DNA from: an uncultured Acidobacteriota bacterium
Lineage (GTDB): Bacteria; Acidobacteriota; Terriglobia; Bryobacterales; Bryobacteraceae
Assembly (NCBI GenBank): GCA_963780655.1
Contig: CAWACP010000007.1
Coordinates: 247,270 to 311,269 of the forward strand
Length of the DNA stretch: 64,000 nucleotides
Direction: 5' to 3'
Of the stretch, positions 47,017-57,194 are shown piece by piece; position 1 is the stretch's first letter, and each line of letters begins with the position of its first letter. The translations under genes were made by a program, and so were the position numbers. The notes beneath the pieces are model-generated. The model was not told where the DNA came from. It saw only the letters and a list, made by a program, of their open reading frames with translations, and did no database searches.

Positions 47017-47913
47017 CTACGACACGCGCGCGAGGTGGGTCCGCTCCGGGCGAAGCTCCTTCTCGAGCCAGGCCACCATGTGGTGCTTGTACGCGGTGAG
47101 GCGCACCGAATCCCACCACAGGATGCCGTGGTCGCCGCCCTTCACCGGATACAGCTCGCACGTGGCGCCGGCCTGATGGATCCGGTCACAGAAGTTCTTC
47201 GATTGCTCGAACGGCACCATGCCGTCGTCAGTGCCGTGGATCAGCAGGAACGGGGGCATGTTGCGGCTCACGTGATTGATGGGCGACAACTGCGCAAGGC
47301 CCGCCAGCACCACCGCTTCGAACGGCGTGCCCTGGATGGATTTTCGCACCGAGTCCGGAATCTGCTTCGACGTTTTCGCCAGCATCACCAGATCGGCAGG
47401 CCCGTAGAAGGCCACCACGGCCCTGATGTTCGCTTTCAGCCGGCCGCGCAGCGCAGCCATGGATGCGAGCTGGGCGCCGGCCGATTCGCCGATCAGCGCC
47501 AGGCGGTTCGGATCGACGCGGTATTCAGCGGCATGATCGTAGACGAAGTTCACCGCGGCCTCCACGTCGTCCACGGCCTGGCCGAACAGGGAGATGTCGT
47601 TCGTCAGCCGGTAGTTGATGGAGAACCACGCAAAACCGGCATCCGCGAGCGGCGCGAACAGAGGACGGACGTTCTGCCGGCTGTCGCCCGAAAACCAGCC
47701 GCCCCCGTGGACAATGATCGCCGCCGGGAAAGGCCCCGGACCGTCCGGAATGTGCGCGTCCATGCGCAGGCTCACGTCGCCTGCCCGGCCGTACTCAATA
47801 TCGTTGATCTGTTCGCCGGCGCCCAGGCGAACCGGCGCTGAACGCATTTCCGAAGCTGTCATCACGAAGAAGAAGAGGCAGGGAAGTACTCCGCTCCCGC
47901 TGAGAATTCGCAT
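47017..47913 (-). CDS. alpha/beta hydrolase (HGGG-type esterase/lipase)
   Basis: 298 aa. Oxyanion motif IVHGGGWFSGD, nucleophile elbow GESAGAQL, HGTDDGMVP, GGDHG. Confidence 0.8.
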   Translation of the reverse strand: MRILSGSGVLPCLFFFVMTASEMRSAPVRLGAGEQINDIEYGRAGDVSLRMDAHIPDGPGPFPAAIIVHGGGWFSGDSRQNVRPLFAPLADAGFAWFSINYRLTNDISLFGQAVDDVEAAVNFVYDHAAEYRVDPNRLALIGESAGAQLASMAALRGRLKANIRAVVAFYGPADLVMLAKTSKQIPDSVRKSIQGTPFEAVVLAGLAQLSPINHVSRNMPPFLLIHGTDDGMVPFEQSKNFCDRIHQAGATCELYPVKGGDHGILWWDSVRLTAYKHHMVAWLEKELRPERTHLARVS

Positions 47914-47981
47914 GCAGAGGCTTGGATGTGCCTCGGCTTACACCCGTTCCAGTATCTTTCGCGCTATGCTGTCTCTCATAT

Positions 47982-49400
47982 ATGCGACGCACCGCGCTGG
48001 GCATTCTTCTTGTTTCCCTGCTGTTCCTCGGAGGCCGTCCACCGCGCGAACAAGCGGTGGAGCAACGGCTGCACAACGCCCTTCGCAAGCCGGAGCAGAA
48101 CGGCTGGATCTTCGTCCATCTGGAGGGCAGCCCCGCGGACATCGGCTTCCAGCATGGGTACCTGCTCGCGCCGGAGATTCAGGATCTGTTTCGCGTGGCT
48201 CGGCTGAGTATGACGCACGGCACGGACAAGACCTGGGCCTTCTACCGGGACGCCGCGAATACCGTCCTGCTGCCGCACATCGAGCAGCAGTACCGGGACG
48301 AGTTGCAGGGCATCGTGGATGGCCTGCGCGCGCGGGGAGCGACGCTCGACCTTGCCGACGTCGTCGCCCTCAACGCCTGGATGGAGCTGACGCCCTATTA
48401 CACGAACTGGTACGACAAACAGCACAAGAATTCGTCTGCCGTCGCGGGGCGCCGTCCCCTGCCCGTTCCGGAGCATTGCAGCGCGTTCGTGGCCACGGGA
48501 GCGTACACGCGCGATGGGCGCCCGGTAATCGCCCATAACAACTGGACCGACTATCTGGACGGTGAGCGCTGGAATATCATCTTCGACGTGGCGCCGGCGT
48601 CCGGCCACCGTTTTCTGATGGACGGCCTTCCGGGGCTCATCCACAGCGGCGACGACTTCGGCATGAACGACGCCGGCATCGTGATCACCGAGACCACCAT
48701 CAGCCATTTCTCCGGATTCGATCCCGCGGGCATTCCGGAATTCGTGCGGGCGCGCAAAGCGATGCAGTATGCGACAAGCGTCGATGAGTTCGCGGCCATC
48801 ATGAAGGAAGGCAACAATGGCGGCTACGCGAACACCTGGCTGGTGGCCGACATGCGCGCGAACGAGATCGGGTCGCTCGAACTCGGCCTGAAGCACGTCA
48901 CGTTCGAGAAGAAGAAGGACGGGTATTTCGTTGGGTCGAACTTTCCGATCAATCCCGAGCTGATTCGCGATGAGACCGATTGGTCGGCGGACGATATGAG
49001 CAACAGCGAAAACGCGCGGCACGCCCGCTGGAACCAGCTCATGGCGGACAACAAGGGCAGCATCGACGTGGCCGCCGCCCAGCGCTTCCTTGCCGACCAT
49101 TACGATACGTTCGCGAAGTCGACGACGCCGAACGAGCGGACGCTCTGCGGGCACATCGACCTTTCCCCGCGCGGATCGAAGCCATGGCAGCCCTCGTTCG
49201 GACCGGCCGGCGCGGTGCAGAACAAGGCAGCCGATGCCACCATGGCCGCGCACATGTCGTTTACGGCGGCTATGGGCCACGCCTGCGGCATCGATTTCCA
49301 CGCGGCCCAGCACCTGAAGGAACATCCGGAGTTCGCATGGCAGAAGGGCCTGAAGGATCTGCCTTCCCAGCCGTGGACGACGTTCAGCGCGATGCAGTAG
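47982..49400 (+). CDS. Ntn-hydrolase superfamily protein, C45-like (tentative), secreted
   Basis: ATG 47982 ([18 protein letters not shown]). [10 protein letters not shown] (candidate N-terminal nucleophile Cys) and [10 protein letters not shown]. Confidence 0.45.
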   Translation: MRRTALGILLVSLLFLGGRPPREQAVEQRLHNALRKPEQNGWIFVHLEGSPADIGFQHGYLLAPEIQDLFRVARLSMTHGTDKTWAFYRDAANTVLLPHIEQQYRDELQGIVDGLRARGATLDLADVVALNAWMELTPYYTNWYDKQHKNSSAVAGRRPLPVPEHCSAFVATGAYTRDGRPVIAHNNWTDYLDGERWNIIFDVAPASGHRFLMDGLPGLIHSGDDFGMNDAGIVITETTISHFSGFDPAGIPEFVRARKAMQYATSVDEFAAIMKEGNNGGYANTWLVADMRANEIGSLELGLKHVTFEKKKDGYFVGSNFPINPELIRDETDWSADDMSNSENARHARWNQLMADNKGSIDVAAAQRFLADHYDTFAKSTTPNERTLCGHIDLSPRGSKPWQPSFGPAGAVQNKAADATMAAHMSFTAAMGHACGIDFHAAQHLKEHPEFAWQKGLKDLPSQPWTTFSAMQ

Positions 49401-49410
49401 CGACGACCAA

Positions 49411-49466
49411 TGCAGGCGAAAACGCCTGCTCCACAACGGCGACAGTAGAGTAGGCCTTCGGCCTGC
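49411..49466. repeat. REPIN upstream of the second uvrA
   Basis: tgcaggcgaaaacgcctgctccacaa-cggcga-cagtagagtaggccttcggcctgc. Confidence 0.85.
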
Positions 49467-49509
49467 GATAATAAAAGTAGCGCGGTCACGCGCTCCCGCC
49501 GGAGGCTCC

Positions 49510-52314
49510 CTGGAAGATTCCATCGTTATTAGTGGCGCGCGAGTCCACAATCTCAGGAACATCTCGCTCGCACTGCCGCATAACCGAATCAGCGTTGTTA
49601 CCGGTGTGTCCGGCTCGGGGAAGTCGTCGCTGGTGTTCGACACCATCTACGCGGAGGGCCAGCGCCGCTACGTGGAATCGCTGTCTTCGTACGCGCGGCA
49701 GTTCCTCGAGCGCATGGAGAAGCCCGATGTCGATGAAGTGCAGGGCATCGCGCCGCCCATCGCCATCCGCCAGAAGAACACCACGCGCAATCCCCGCTCC
49801 ACGGTCGGCACCTCCACCGAGATCTACGACTTTCTGCGGCTGCTGTTCGCGCGCGCCGGATGGAGCTACTGCCCGAACTGCGGCGAACGGGTGCAGCGCG
49901 ACACGGTGGATCACGTCGCGGCGCGCATGCTCGCGGAGCCGGCCGGGTCGCGCTGGTACATCCTGTTTCCCGTTCGCGCGGCGGGGAAGAACACGTCAGC
50001 CCTGCGTGACGAGCTGTTCGACCTCCGCCGCAAGGGCTTCAACCGGCTTTATCAGAACGGCCGCGTTTTCGAGTTCTCCACCCCCGAATCGCTGCTGGAA
50101 GTGGACTTCAGCCACCCGGTGTTCATTCTGGTGGACCGCATCGCGTTGGGACCCGACGAGCACCAGCGCATCGCCGACGCGGTGGAGATCAGCTACCGCG
50201 AATCGGGCGAAGTGCTGTTCCAGCAGCCCACGTTCGAAGCCGAGACGCTGCGCTTCTCGGAGAAGTTCGGCTGCAAACAGTGCGGCATCGAGCTGCCGAT
50301 CCCCGAACCGGGCCTGTTCAGCTTCAATAGCCCCACCGGCGCGTGCCCACGTTGCCAAGGGTTCGGCAACACCATCGACTACGACCTGGACCTGGCCATC
50401 CCCGACAAGACCCTGACCGTTGCCGAGGGGGCGGTGGACCCGTGGACCAAGCCGCAGTACGGGTGGTATCGCGAAGAGTTCTTCGATGCGGCCGCGCGCA
50501 AAGCGAAGTTCCCACTGAAGACGTCCATCTGCGATCTGACGCCCGAGCAGCGCGAGTTCCTGTATGAGCACATCCGCCGCTTCTTCGCTGAGGTGGAGAC
50601 GAAGAAATACAAAGTCCATGTGCGCGTGTTCCTCAGCCGCTATCGCGGATACGCGGTGTGTCCGGACTGCCATGGCGCCCGGTTGCGCCGCGAGGCGCTC
50701 AACGTCCGTATCGCCGGGAAGACCATCGCCGACGTGGTCAGCATGAACATCGCGCAGGCGCACGCGTTCTTCGAAACACTCGCGCTCGGCCCGGAGGAGA
50801 CCGTGATTGCCGGCAAGGTGCTGGTGGAGATCCGGCAGCGCTTCCGGTTTCTGAACGACGTGGGCCTCGAATATCTCACGCTCGACCGGCTCTCCTCCAC
50901 ACTGTCCGGCGGCGAGGCGCAGCGTATTCAGCTCGCCACGTGCCTCGGCTCGCGGCTCGTCGGCGCCTGCTACGTTCTCGACGAGCCCTCCATCGGACTG
51001 CACAGCCGCGATACCGGCAGGCTGATCCGCATTCTGGAGGAACTGCGCGAGCTGGGCAACACCATCGTCGTCGTGGAGCACGATCCCGACGTGATGAAGT
51101 CAGCGGATCATATTGTCGATCTCGGACCGGGCGCGGGTGAGCTCGGCGGTCGTGTGATCTACGAAGGCACGTTTCCGCAATTGCTGGCCGACCGCAACGG
51201 CTCACTCACTGGCCGCTATCTTCGCGGCGAGCTGAAGACCTCGCACGGATATACGCGCCGCAGGGTGAATCCGAAACGCGTGCTGAAGTTCTACGGCGCC
51301 AACGCGCACAATCTGAAGAACCTGGACGTGACCATTCCGCTGGGCATGATGGTGGCGGTGACGGGCGTGTCGGGATCGGGCAAATCCACGCTGGTGCACG
51401 AGGTCATCTACCGCGCGCTGGAGCGCCAGTTGCGGCAGGACCGGCCGGAGATGACGCAGGATTTCGATACGGCCGTCGAGAAGCTCACGTGCCGCCGCAT
51501 CGAGAACGCCGATCTGCTGCGCGAGATTGTGCTGGTGGACCAGTCGCCCATAGGGCGGACGCCCCGCTCGAATCCAGTCACTTACATCAAGGCCTTCGAT
51601 ATCATCCGCGAGCTGTTCGCGTCGACGCCCGAGGCGGAAAAGCGCGGCTACACGCCGGGGCACTTCTCGTTCAACATTCCCGGCGGGCGGTGCGAAACGT
51701 GCCAGGGCGACGGCACGGTGACCGTGGAGATGCAGTTCCTGGCCGATGTTGAGCTGGTATGTGAAGAGTGCCGGGGCACGCGGTACAAAAGCGCCATTCT
51801 GGACATACGGTACAAGGGGAAGAACATCCACGAGGTGCTGGGTCTCACCGTGCGCGAGGCGCTCTCGTTCTTCTCCGATGTTCCGAAGCTGGCGAACCGG
51901 CTGAAGGTTCTGGCAGATGTGGGACTGGGGTACCTGCGCCTGGGGCAGTCGGCGACGACGCTCAGCGGAGGCGAGGCGCAGCGGGTGAAGCTCGCCAGCC
52001 ATCTGTGCCAGGCGAGTTGCGACGGCACGCTATTCATCTTCGACGAGCCGACCACCGGCCTCCACTTCGACGACATCGCGAAGCTGCTCGACGCCTTTCA
52101 GCGGCTGATCCGGAGCGGCGGCAGCATCCTGATCATCGAGCACAATCTGGATGTGATCCGCAGCGCGGATTACATCATAGACCTTGGGCCTGAGGGCGGC
52201 GATGGCGGCGGGCGCATCGTGGCGCAGGGAACGCCCGAGCAGATCGCGGCGTGCGCGCAGTCATATACGGGGCAATACCTGAAAAAGCACCAGACCCGGC
52301 AGGTAAGTGGTTGA
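49510..52314 (+). CDS. UvrA paralogue (full-length, second copy) with probable CTG start
   Basis: The track ORF starts at GTG 49606, inside the Walker A motif (GVSGSGKS). The conserved UvrA N-terminus [32 protein letters not shown] is encoded upstream in frame, with no ATG/GTG/TTG back to the stop at 49351. CTG 49510 aligns with Met1 of UvrA-1 and follows GGAGG (49501-49505). Confidence 0.75.
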   Translation: MEDSIVISGARVHNLRNISLALPHNRISVVTGVSGSGKSSLVFDTIYAEGQRRYVESLSSYARQFLERMEKPDVDEVQGIAPPIAIRQKNTTRNPRSTVGTSTEIYDFLRLLFARAGWSYCPNCGERVQRDTVDHVAARMLAEPAGSRWYILFPVRAAGKNTSALRDELFDLRRKGFNRLYQNGRVFEFSTPESLLEVDFSHPVFILVDRIALGPDEHQRIADAVEISYRESGEVLFQQPTFEAETLRFSEKFGCKQCGIELPIPEPGLFSFNSPTGACPRCQGFGNTIDYDLDLAIPDKTLTVAEGAVDPWTKPQYGWYREEFFDAAARKAKFPLKTSICDLTPEQREFLYEHIRRFFAEVETKKYKVHVRVFLSRYRGYAVCPDCHGARLRREALNVRIAGKTIADVVSMNIAQAHAFFETLALGPEETVIAGKVLVEIRQRFRFLNDVGLEYLTLDRLSSTLSGGEAQRIQLATCLGSRLVGACYVLDEPSIGLHSRDTGRLIRILEELRELGNTIVVVEHDPDVMKSADHIVDLGPGAGELGGRVIYEGTFPQLLADRNGSLTGRYLRGELKTSHGYTRRRVNPKRVLKFYGANAHNLKNLDVTIPLGMMVAVTGVSGSGKSTLVHEVIYRALERQLRQDRPEMTQDFDTAVEKLTCRRIENADLLREIVLVDQSPIGRTPRSNPVTYIKAFDIIRELFASTPEAEKRGYTPGHFSFNIPGGRCETCQGDGTVTVEMQFLADVELVCEECRGTRYKSAILDIRYKGKNIHEVLGLTVREALSFFSDVPKLANRLKVLADVGLGYLRLGQSATTLSGGEAQRVKLASHLCQASCDGTLFIFDEPTTGLHFDDIAKLLDAFQRLIRSGGSILIIEHNLDVIRSADYIIDLGPEGGDGGGRIVAQGTPEQIAACAQSYTGQYLKKHQTRQVSG

Positions 52315-52319
52315 TTCGA

Positions 52320-52437
52320 GTGGGGCAGGCGCCTCGCCTGCGGCGGGCGCCCCGCCCGCCTGGTCTGGCGGAAGATGCATTCAGAAAGACCGAGCAGGCC
52401 GACGAGGCGTCGGCCGCAGGCGAGGCGCCCGCCCCAC
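52320..52437. repeat. 118-bp GC-rich palindromic element related to the MITE core
   Basis: 24-bp inverted repeat gtggggcaggcgcctcgcctgcgg (52320-52343) / ccgcaggcgaggcgcccgccccac (52414-52437), 23/24 complementary. Confidence 0.8.
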
Positions 52438-52461
52438 AAAACCACCGTACAATGAAAGTGT

Positions 52462-53679
52462 ATGTGGCCCATGGCGGCCCTGCTGGCCGGGCTCGTGGCG
52501 CTGTCGAGCGATCCTTCGGCCGAGGGTATGAAGGCACTGGACGAGAAGCGCTACGACGCCGCCATCGAGAGCTTCACGCAGGCGATTGCCGCCGATCCGA
52601 AGGACGTGGCCGCGCACTTCTACCTCGCGCTGGCCCTGAGCGAAGCGCAGCGCGACGATCAGGCCGCCTCCCAGTATCGCAAGACCCTCGAGTTGAAGCC
52701 CGATCTGTATGAAGCCGAGCTGAATCTCGGCATTCTCCTGCTGCGCGACAAGCAGCCTGCCGCAGCCGCTCCACTGCTGGAAAAGGCCGCCCTACAAAAA
52801 CCGAAGGAGTTTCGTCCGGCGCGGTACCTGGGTGAGGCGCTGTTGATGGCCGGCGATGCCGAGGACGCCCGCAAGGCGTTCGATGCGGCCCTCCAACTCG
52901 ATCCGAAATCGGCCGCCCCGGAACTGGGCCTGGCGCGCGCCCTGATGGCAGAGAAACAACTGGACGACGCGGCCCAGCATTTCCGGAAGGCGGTGGAACT
53001 CGACCCAGCGAATCACAACTTTCTGCTTGCGCTCGGCCAGGCGTACGAGGACGCCGGCAGAGCCGAAGACGCCATCGCCATCTACAAACAGTTTCCCGAT
53101 GACCCCGGCGCTCAGGAGCACATCGGCCGGCTGGAGTTACAGTCAGGCGCCGCCGCGGACGCGATCGCCCACTTCCAGAATGCACTGGCGAAGGAGCCGA
53201 CGAATGCCAACCGAGTCGCCCTGGCCGAAGCTTACCTGAAGGCCAACCAGCGCGACAAGGCCCTTCCGCTGATCGATACAGCGTTAGCGGCCACACCGGA
53301 CGATTACGATCTGGTAATGGTGAAGGCGCGCATTCTGAGAGACCAGCGGCGTTTCGATGCGGCCTGCCAGGAGTTCCTTGCCGCGGCGCGATTGCGGCCG
53401 ACGGACTGGCAGCCATGGAGCGAACTGGCGGGCCTCGACGTCATCCGCGAGGATTATGGCGGCGCCCTGTTTGCGCTCGACCACGTCCACGCGCTCAACG
53501 CGGATAAACCTGGACATTTCTTCCTGCGCGCCATTGTTCTGGACAAGACTCATCAGGTAAAGCCGGCCATTGCAAGTTATCGCCATTTCCTCGAAACGAG
53601 CGGCGGAAAGAACCCGGACGATGAGTTCAAGGCGCGCCAGCGCGTACGCATTCTGACCGACGAGTTGAACCGCCGATGA
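52462..53679 (+). CDS. TPR repeat protein with N-terminal signal/anchor
   Basis: 405 aa. Repeated 34-residue TPR-like units (AHFYLALALSEAQRDDQAASQYRKTLELKPD, etc.). Confidence 0.8.
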   Translation: MWPMAALLAGLVALSSDPSAEGMKALDEKRYDAAIESFTQAIAADPKDVAAHFYLALALSEAQRDDQAASQYRKTLELKPDLYEAELNLGILLLRDKQPAAAAPLLEKAALQKPKEFRPARYLGEALLMAGDAEDARKAFDAALQLDPKSAAPELGLARALMAEKQLDDAAQHFRKAVELDPANHNFLLALGQAYEDAGRAEDAIAIYKQFPDDPGAQEHIGRLELQSGAAADAIAHFQNALAKEPTNANRVALAEAYLKANQRDKALPLIDTALAATPDDYDLVMVKARILRDQRRFDAACQEFLAAARLRPTDWQPWSELAGLDVIREDYGGALFALDHVHALNADKPGHFFLRAIVLDKTHQVKPAIASYRHFLETSGGKNPDDEFKARQRVRILTDELNRR

Positions 53680-54113
53680 CTGCAAACCGCTGTTTTTCTT
53701 TGTTATGTGCACTCCTGCTCGCCGGGGGCGCCGCGCGAGCCGACCTGGCTGCCGTGAAGGCGGTCAGCGATCCGAATAAGCGAGCCGAGGCGGCGGTTGA
53801 TCATGCGAATCAGGAACTCGACGCCGCTCGCCAGGCGTGGGACGCCGGCAACTGGGCGGGGACTCAGGCGGCGCTCAGCGAATTGCGGGAATCCGCCGAG
53901 CTGGCCGATGCGTCTCTGAAACAGGCGTCAGGGAGGCCGCGCAACAATAAGCACTATAAGCGCGTCGAACTCAGGTTGCGCGATCTGATTCGGCGCCTCG
54001 ATGGATTTAAGAACGATGTCGACTACGAGCACCGCGACGAAGTGGGAAAGACGGAAGCTCGGGTCCAGGATCTGCACGATCAGGTTCTGGCGGCGATCAT
54101 GGCAGGGAGGTAG
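53676..54113 (+). CDS. hypothetical secreted helical protein
   Basis: 145 aa. Signal peptide MTANRCFSLLCALLLAGGAARA. ATGA overlap with the TPR gene. Confidence 0.5.
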   Translation: MTANRCFSLLCALLLAGGAARADLAAVKAVSDPNKRAEAAVDHANQELDAARQAWDAGNWAGTQAALSELRESAELADASLKQASGRPRNNKHYKRVELRLRDLIRRLDGFKNDVDYEHRDEVGKTEARVQDLHDQVLAAIMAGR

Positions 54114-54120
54114 CGGAGTT

Positions 54121-54774
54121 ATGCGGTTTCGTACTATGGCGGCTTTCTGTGCGCTGGCGGTAATGTGCGGGCTGCCGCGCGCCGCCGCCCAGGATCGCGA
54201 TTTCCTGAATGGCGATGAAGTGGATCAGATACGTGAGGCGCAGGAGCCGAATGCGCGCCTGCAGCTTTACATCCAGTTCGCCCAGCAGCGAGTCGCGCTC
54301 ATCAAACAACTGCTCAGCCAGGACAAGGCCGGCCGGTCTCTGCTGGTGCACGACACAATCGAGGACTACGGGAAGATCATCGATGCTATCGACACCGTCG
54401 CCGACGACGCGCTCACGCGTAAGCTGGATATCACCGAGGGAATGAAGCTGGTTGCGCCGGCCGAGAAAGAAATGGCGGCGGACCTGCAAAAGATCGCGGA
54501 TAAACCGCCGAAGGATTATCCCCGCTACGAATTCGTGCTCACCCAGGCGCTTGAAGCGACTCAGGACAGCGCTGAGCTTTCCGCCGAGGACATGACGAAG
54601 AGGTCGGCCGAGGTGCAGGCGCAGAACGACCGCGAGAAGAAGGAACTGGAATCGATGATGCCGGCGAAGGAGGCCGCGGCGCGCAAAGCCGACGACAAAG
54701 CCGCCGCGGAGGACAAGAACAAGCGCAAGCCGCCGAGTCTGCTGAAGCCGGGCGAAAAACCTCAGGTGCAGTAG
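54121..54774 (+). CDS. hypothetical secreted helical protein with a Lys/Glu-rich tail
   Basis: ATG 54121 (MRFRTMAAFCALAVMCGLPRAAAQ), 7 nt after the previous stop. Confidence 0.5.
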   Translation: MRFRTMAAFCALAVMCGLPRAAAQDRDFLNGDEVDQIREAQEPNARLQLYIQFAQQRVALIKQLLSQDKAGRSLLVHDTIEDYGKIIDAIDTVADDALTRKLDITEGMKLVAPAEKEMAADLQKIADKPPKDYPRYEFVLTQALEATQDSAELSAEDMTKRSAEVQAQNDREKKELESMMPAKEAAARKADDKAAAEDKNKRKPPSLLKPGEKPQVQ

Positions 54775-54804
54775 CCGCATCGTAACCGAACCGAGACGGC
54801 CTCC

Positions 54805-54887
54805 GTGGGGCAGACGATCGGTTTATGTCGTCTGCCTGTTCGAGTGCCCGGGCATGGCAGACGACAGAACCCGATCGTCTGCCCCAC
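54805..54887. repeat. nested palindromic repeat, copy D (83 bp)
   Basis: gtggggcagacgatcggtttatgtcgtctgcc ... ggcagacgacagaacccgatcgtctgccccac. The central spacer is the reverse complement of copy A's spacer. Confidence 0.9.
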
Positions 54888-55006
54888 GGGAGGCGCGGTC
54901 CGGCCAGAATCCTACCGCTCCGTAACCGTCGCGGCTCTGTGACGACTGATTGGACGCCTCAGGAGTAGAGTGGAAGTTCACAATACTTTATTCCGGAGGT
55001 CACGCC

Positions 55007-56956
55007 ATGTCCACCCGGCCATTGGCAGCCGTAATCGCCGCACTCCTGTTTCTTTGTACGACAGACGCGCTCGCCGCTGAGCCTGCGCCCGTGAATCCGC
55101 ACGCCTCGCCCGAAGCCAGGGCGCTGCTGCACTATTTCTATTCCATTTCCGGCCACCAGACGCTCGCCGGTCAACATAACTATCCGAACGCGATCGCGCG
55201 ATGGACCGACCGCGCCTACGATCTGACCGGCAAATATCCCGCGCTCTTCGGTCAGGATTTCGGCTTCCAGGGCGGCGACGACAAGGATTCCACGCTCGCG
55301 CGTCCGGCGCTCATCGAAGAGGTGGAGCGGCAGTACCGCAACGGCGCCGTGGTCACACTGACCTGGCACGCTGTTCCGCCCACGCACGACGAGCCGGTTT
55401 CGTTTCGCGAACACGTTCAGAGTCACCTCACCGATTTCGAGTGGAAGGAGCTGACCACGCCTGGAACCGATCTGTACAAGCGTTGGTGCGCTCAGGTGGA
55501 CGTCGTCGCCGGGTATCTGAAACAGCTCCGCGATGCGCACGTGCCGGTGTTATGGCGGCCGTATCACGAGGTGAACGGCAACTGGTTCTGGTGGGGCAGC
55601 AGGCCCGGACCGAACGGCTCAGCAGCGCTGTACCGCCAGATGTTCGACCGCTTCGTGAACTATCACAAGCTCGACAACCTCATCTGGGTGTGGAACGCGA
55701 ATTCGCCCGGTTCCGGAGGCCAGGGACCCGGTCCCTATACCGACTACTTCCCCGGCCGCGAGTACGCGGATATCATTTCGGTAGACGTCTACGGCGAGTT
55801 CAAACAGAGCTATTACGACGACCTGGTCGCCATCGCCGCGGGAAAACCGGTCGCTCTCGGCGAGGTGGGCACGGCGCCCATGCCGGAGATTCTCGCGCGC
55901 CAGCCCGGTTACACATACTTCATGATCTGGAGCGAGTGGGTGGAGACGGCAAACCAGCTCGACAACCTGCGCGCGCTGTTCAACGCGCCGGCTGTCCTGA
56001 CCCGCGACGATCCGCGCTTCGCATCCGCCATGGCCGCGCTTCACAATGCGTCATCGGCTCCCGTGGCGGAGCTGAACACGCCCGATCCAATTCCCGAGGC
56101 GAAGGAACTGCTGGCGCGGCTGCGGAACACGGCGGCCCAGGGTATCCTCAGCGGTCAGGAGAACGATCCGCAGGCGCCGGCCGCGGCTACGGACCAGTTG
56201 GCCGGAATGATTGGGAAGTATCCAGCCATCTACGCCGCCGATCTCAATGCCGGGGCCACGGCCCAGGCGATCATCGACGAGGCCAAACGGCAGTCCCGCA
56301 ACCACGCGATCGTAAGCCTCGCCTGGCTGGCCGCTCGTCCGACTGACGAGAAATCAGGCAAACTCACCGACTACGAGTGGAGTGAGCTGACGGAGCCCGG
56401 AAGCCGCCTGAACCTCAGGTGGGGCGAGCAGGTGGATGCGATAGCCGTTTATCTGAAGCAGTTGCAGAATTCCGGAGTGCCGGTGCTGTGGCGGCCCTAT
56501 CCCGAAGCGAACGGAGCGCAATTCTGGTGGTCCGGCCGTGCGGGCATTCACGGTTCCGCTGCGTTATACCGGCAGCTCTACGACCGTCTGGTAAACCACC
56601 ACAAGCTCCGCAATCTCGTGTGGGTGTGGGAAGCGGATCCGGAATCGTCGCCGGCCACCCTGTACTCCGATTTCTTCCCCGGTTTGAATTACGTCGACGC
56701 GCTTTCAATGCGCGCAGGCAGTGGACGGCGCGGAGATTCCGGGCTGTCGGTTTTCGCCGTCGGCAAGCCGGTGGGACTCGAAGCCGCGGGCCGTATTCCG
56801 GAAGCCTCCATGTTCGATCACGCAGAGTGGTCGTGGTTTCTGGTGGCGCCCGGCCTTGTACAGCCGGCGCAAGCGGACGCGCTGCGGGTGCTGTACGGCG
56901 ACCCACGGGTTGCGTCGTTGCCGGCAGCAATGGAATCCCAGGCCAGAGTAGAGTAG
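55007..56956 (+). CDS. secreted protein with two tandem GH26 (beta-mannanase-like) modules
   Basis: ATG 55007 after ggagg, signal peptide. Module 1: VLWRPYHEVNGNWFWWG and ALGEVG. Module 2: VLWRPYPEANGAQFWWSG and GLEAAG (diverged). Confidence 0.75.
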   Translation: MSTRPLAAVIAALLFLCTTDALAAEPAPVNPHASPEARALLHYFYSISGHQTLAGQHNYPNAIARWTDRAYDLTGKYPALFGQDFGFQGGDDKDSTLARPALIEEVERQYRNGAVVTLTWHAVPPTHDEPVSFREHVQSHLTDFEWKELTTPGTDLYKRWCAQVDVVAGYLKQLRDAHVPVLWRPYHEVNGNWFWWGSRPGPNGSAALYRQMFDRFVNYHKLDNLIWVWNANSPGSGGQGPGPYTDYFPGREYADIISVDVYGEFKQSYYDDLVAIAAGKPVALGEVGTAPMPEILARQPGYTYFMIWSEWVETANQLDNLRALFNAPAVLTRDDPRFASAMAALHNASSAPVAELNTPDPIPEAKELLARLRNTAAQGILSGQENDPQAPAAATDQLAGMIGKYPAIYAADLNAGATAQAIIDEAKRQSRNHAIVSLAWLAARPTDEKSGKLTDYEWSELTEPGSRLNLRWGEQVDAIAVYLKQLQNSGVPVLWRPYPEANGAQFWWSGRAGIHGSAALYRQLYDRLVNHHKLRNLVWVWEADPESSPATLYSDFFPGLNYVDALSMRAGSGRRGDSGLSVFAVGKPVGLEAAGRIPEASMFDHAEWSWFLVAPGLVQPAQADALRVLYGDPRVASLPAAMESQARVE

Positions 56957-57017
56957 GGTTCAGCCTGCACCTGAAGATTGGCCACTTGCGCTGCAGGCGA
57001 AAACGCCTGCTCCACAA
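56948..57017. repeat. two REP copies in tail-to-tail arrangement overlapping the GH26 stop
   Basis: gtagagtagggttcagcctgc (56948-56968) and tgcaggcgaaaacgcctgctccacaa (56992-57017). Confidence 0.75.
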
Positions 57018-57194
57018 CTCAGCATCGGGAGCTTGCAGCCATTGCAGAGCAAGCCTGCAATTGCGTTCTCTCCCGGCACGACGGCCCATAATGAGCCGTC
57101 GGTGAATTTTTGACGATGAAAATGAAAGAGTTACGGGAGGGCTTCGGCACATCATGTGCCGTGCGTTTGGGTCGGTGCAGGCCTTCAGCCTTGC

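Noticed and set aside
47976-49646. 556-aa ORF antisense to the C45-like gene
   Set aside because: Arg-rich, low-complexity, and spans an intergenic REPIN. The plus-strand protein has a signal peptide and Ntn-type motifs.
674-57017. Possibility that the recurring repeats form a CRISPR array
   Set aside because: The copies are kilobases apart, in both orientations, are palindromic, and have no regular repeat-spacer periodicity. No cas genes are present.
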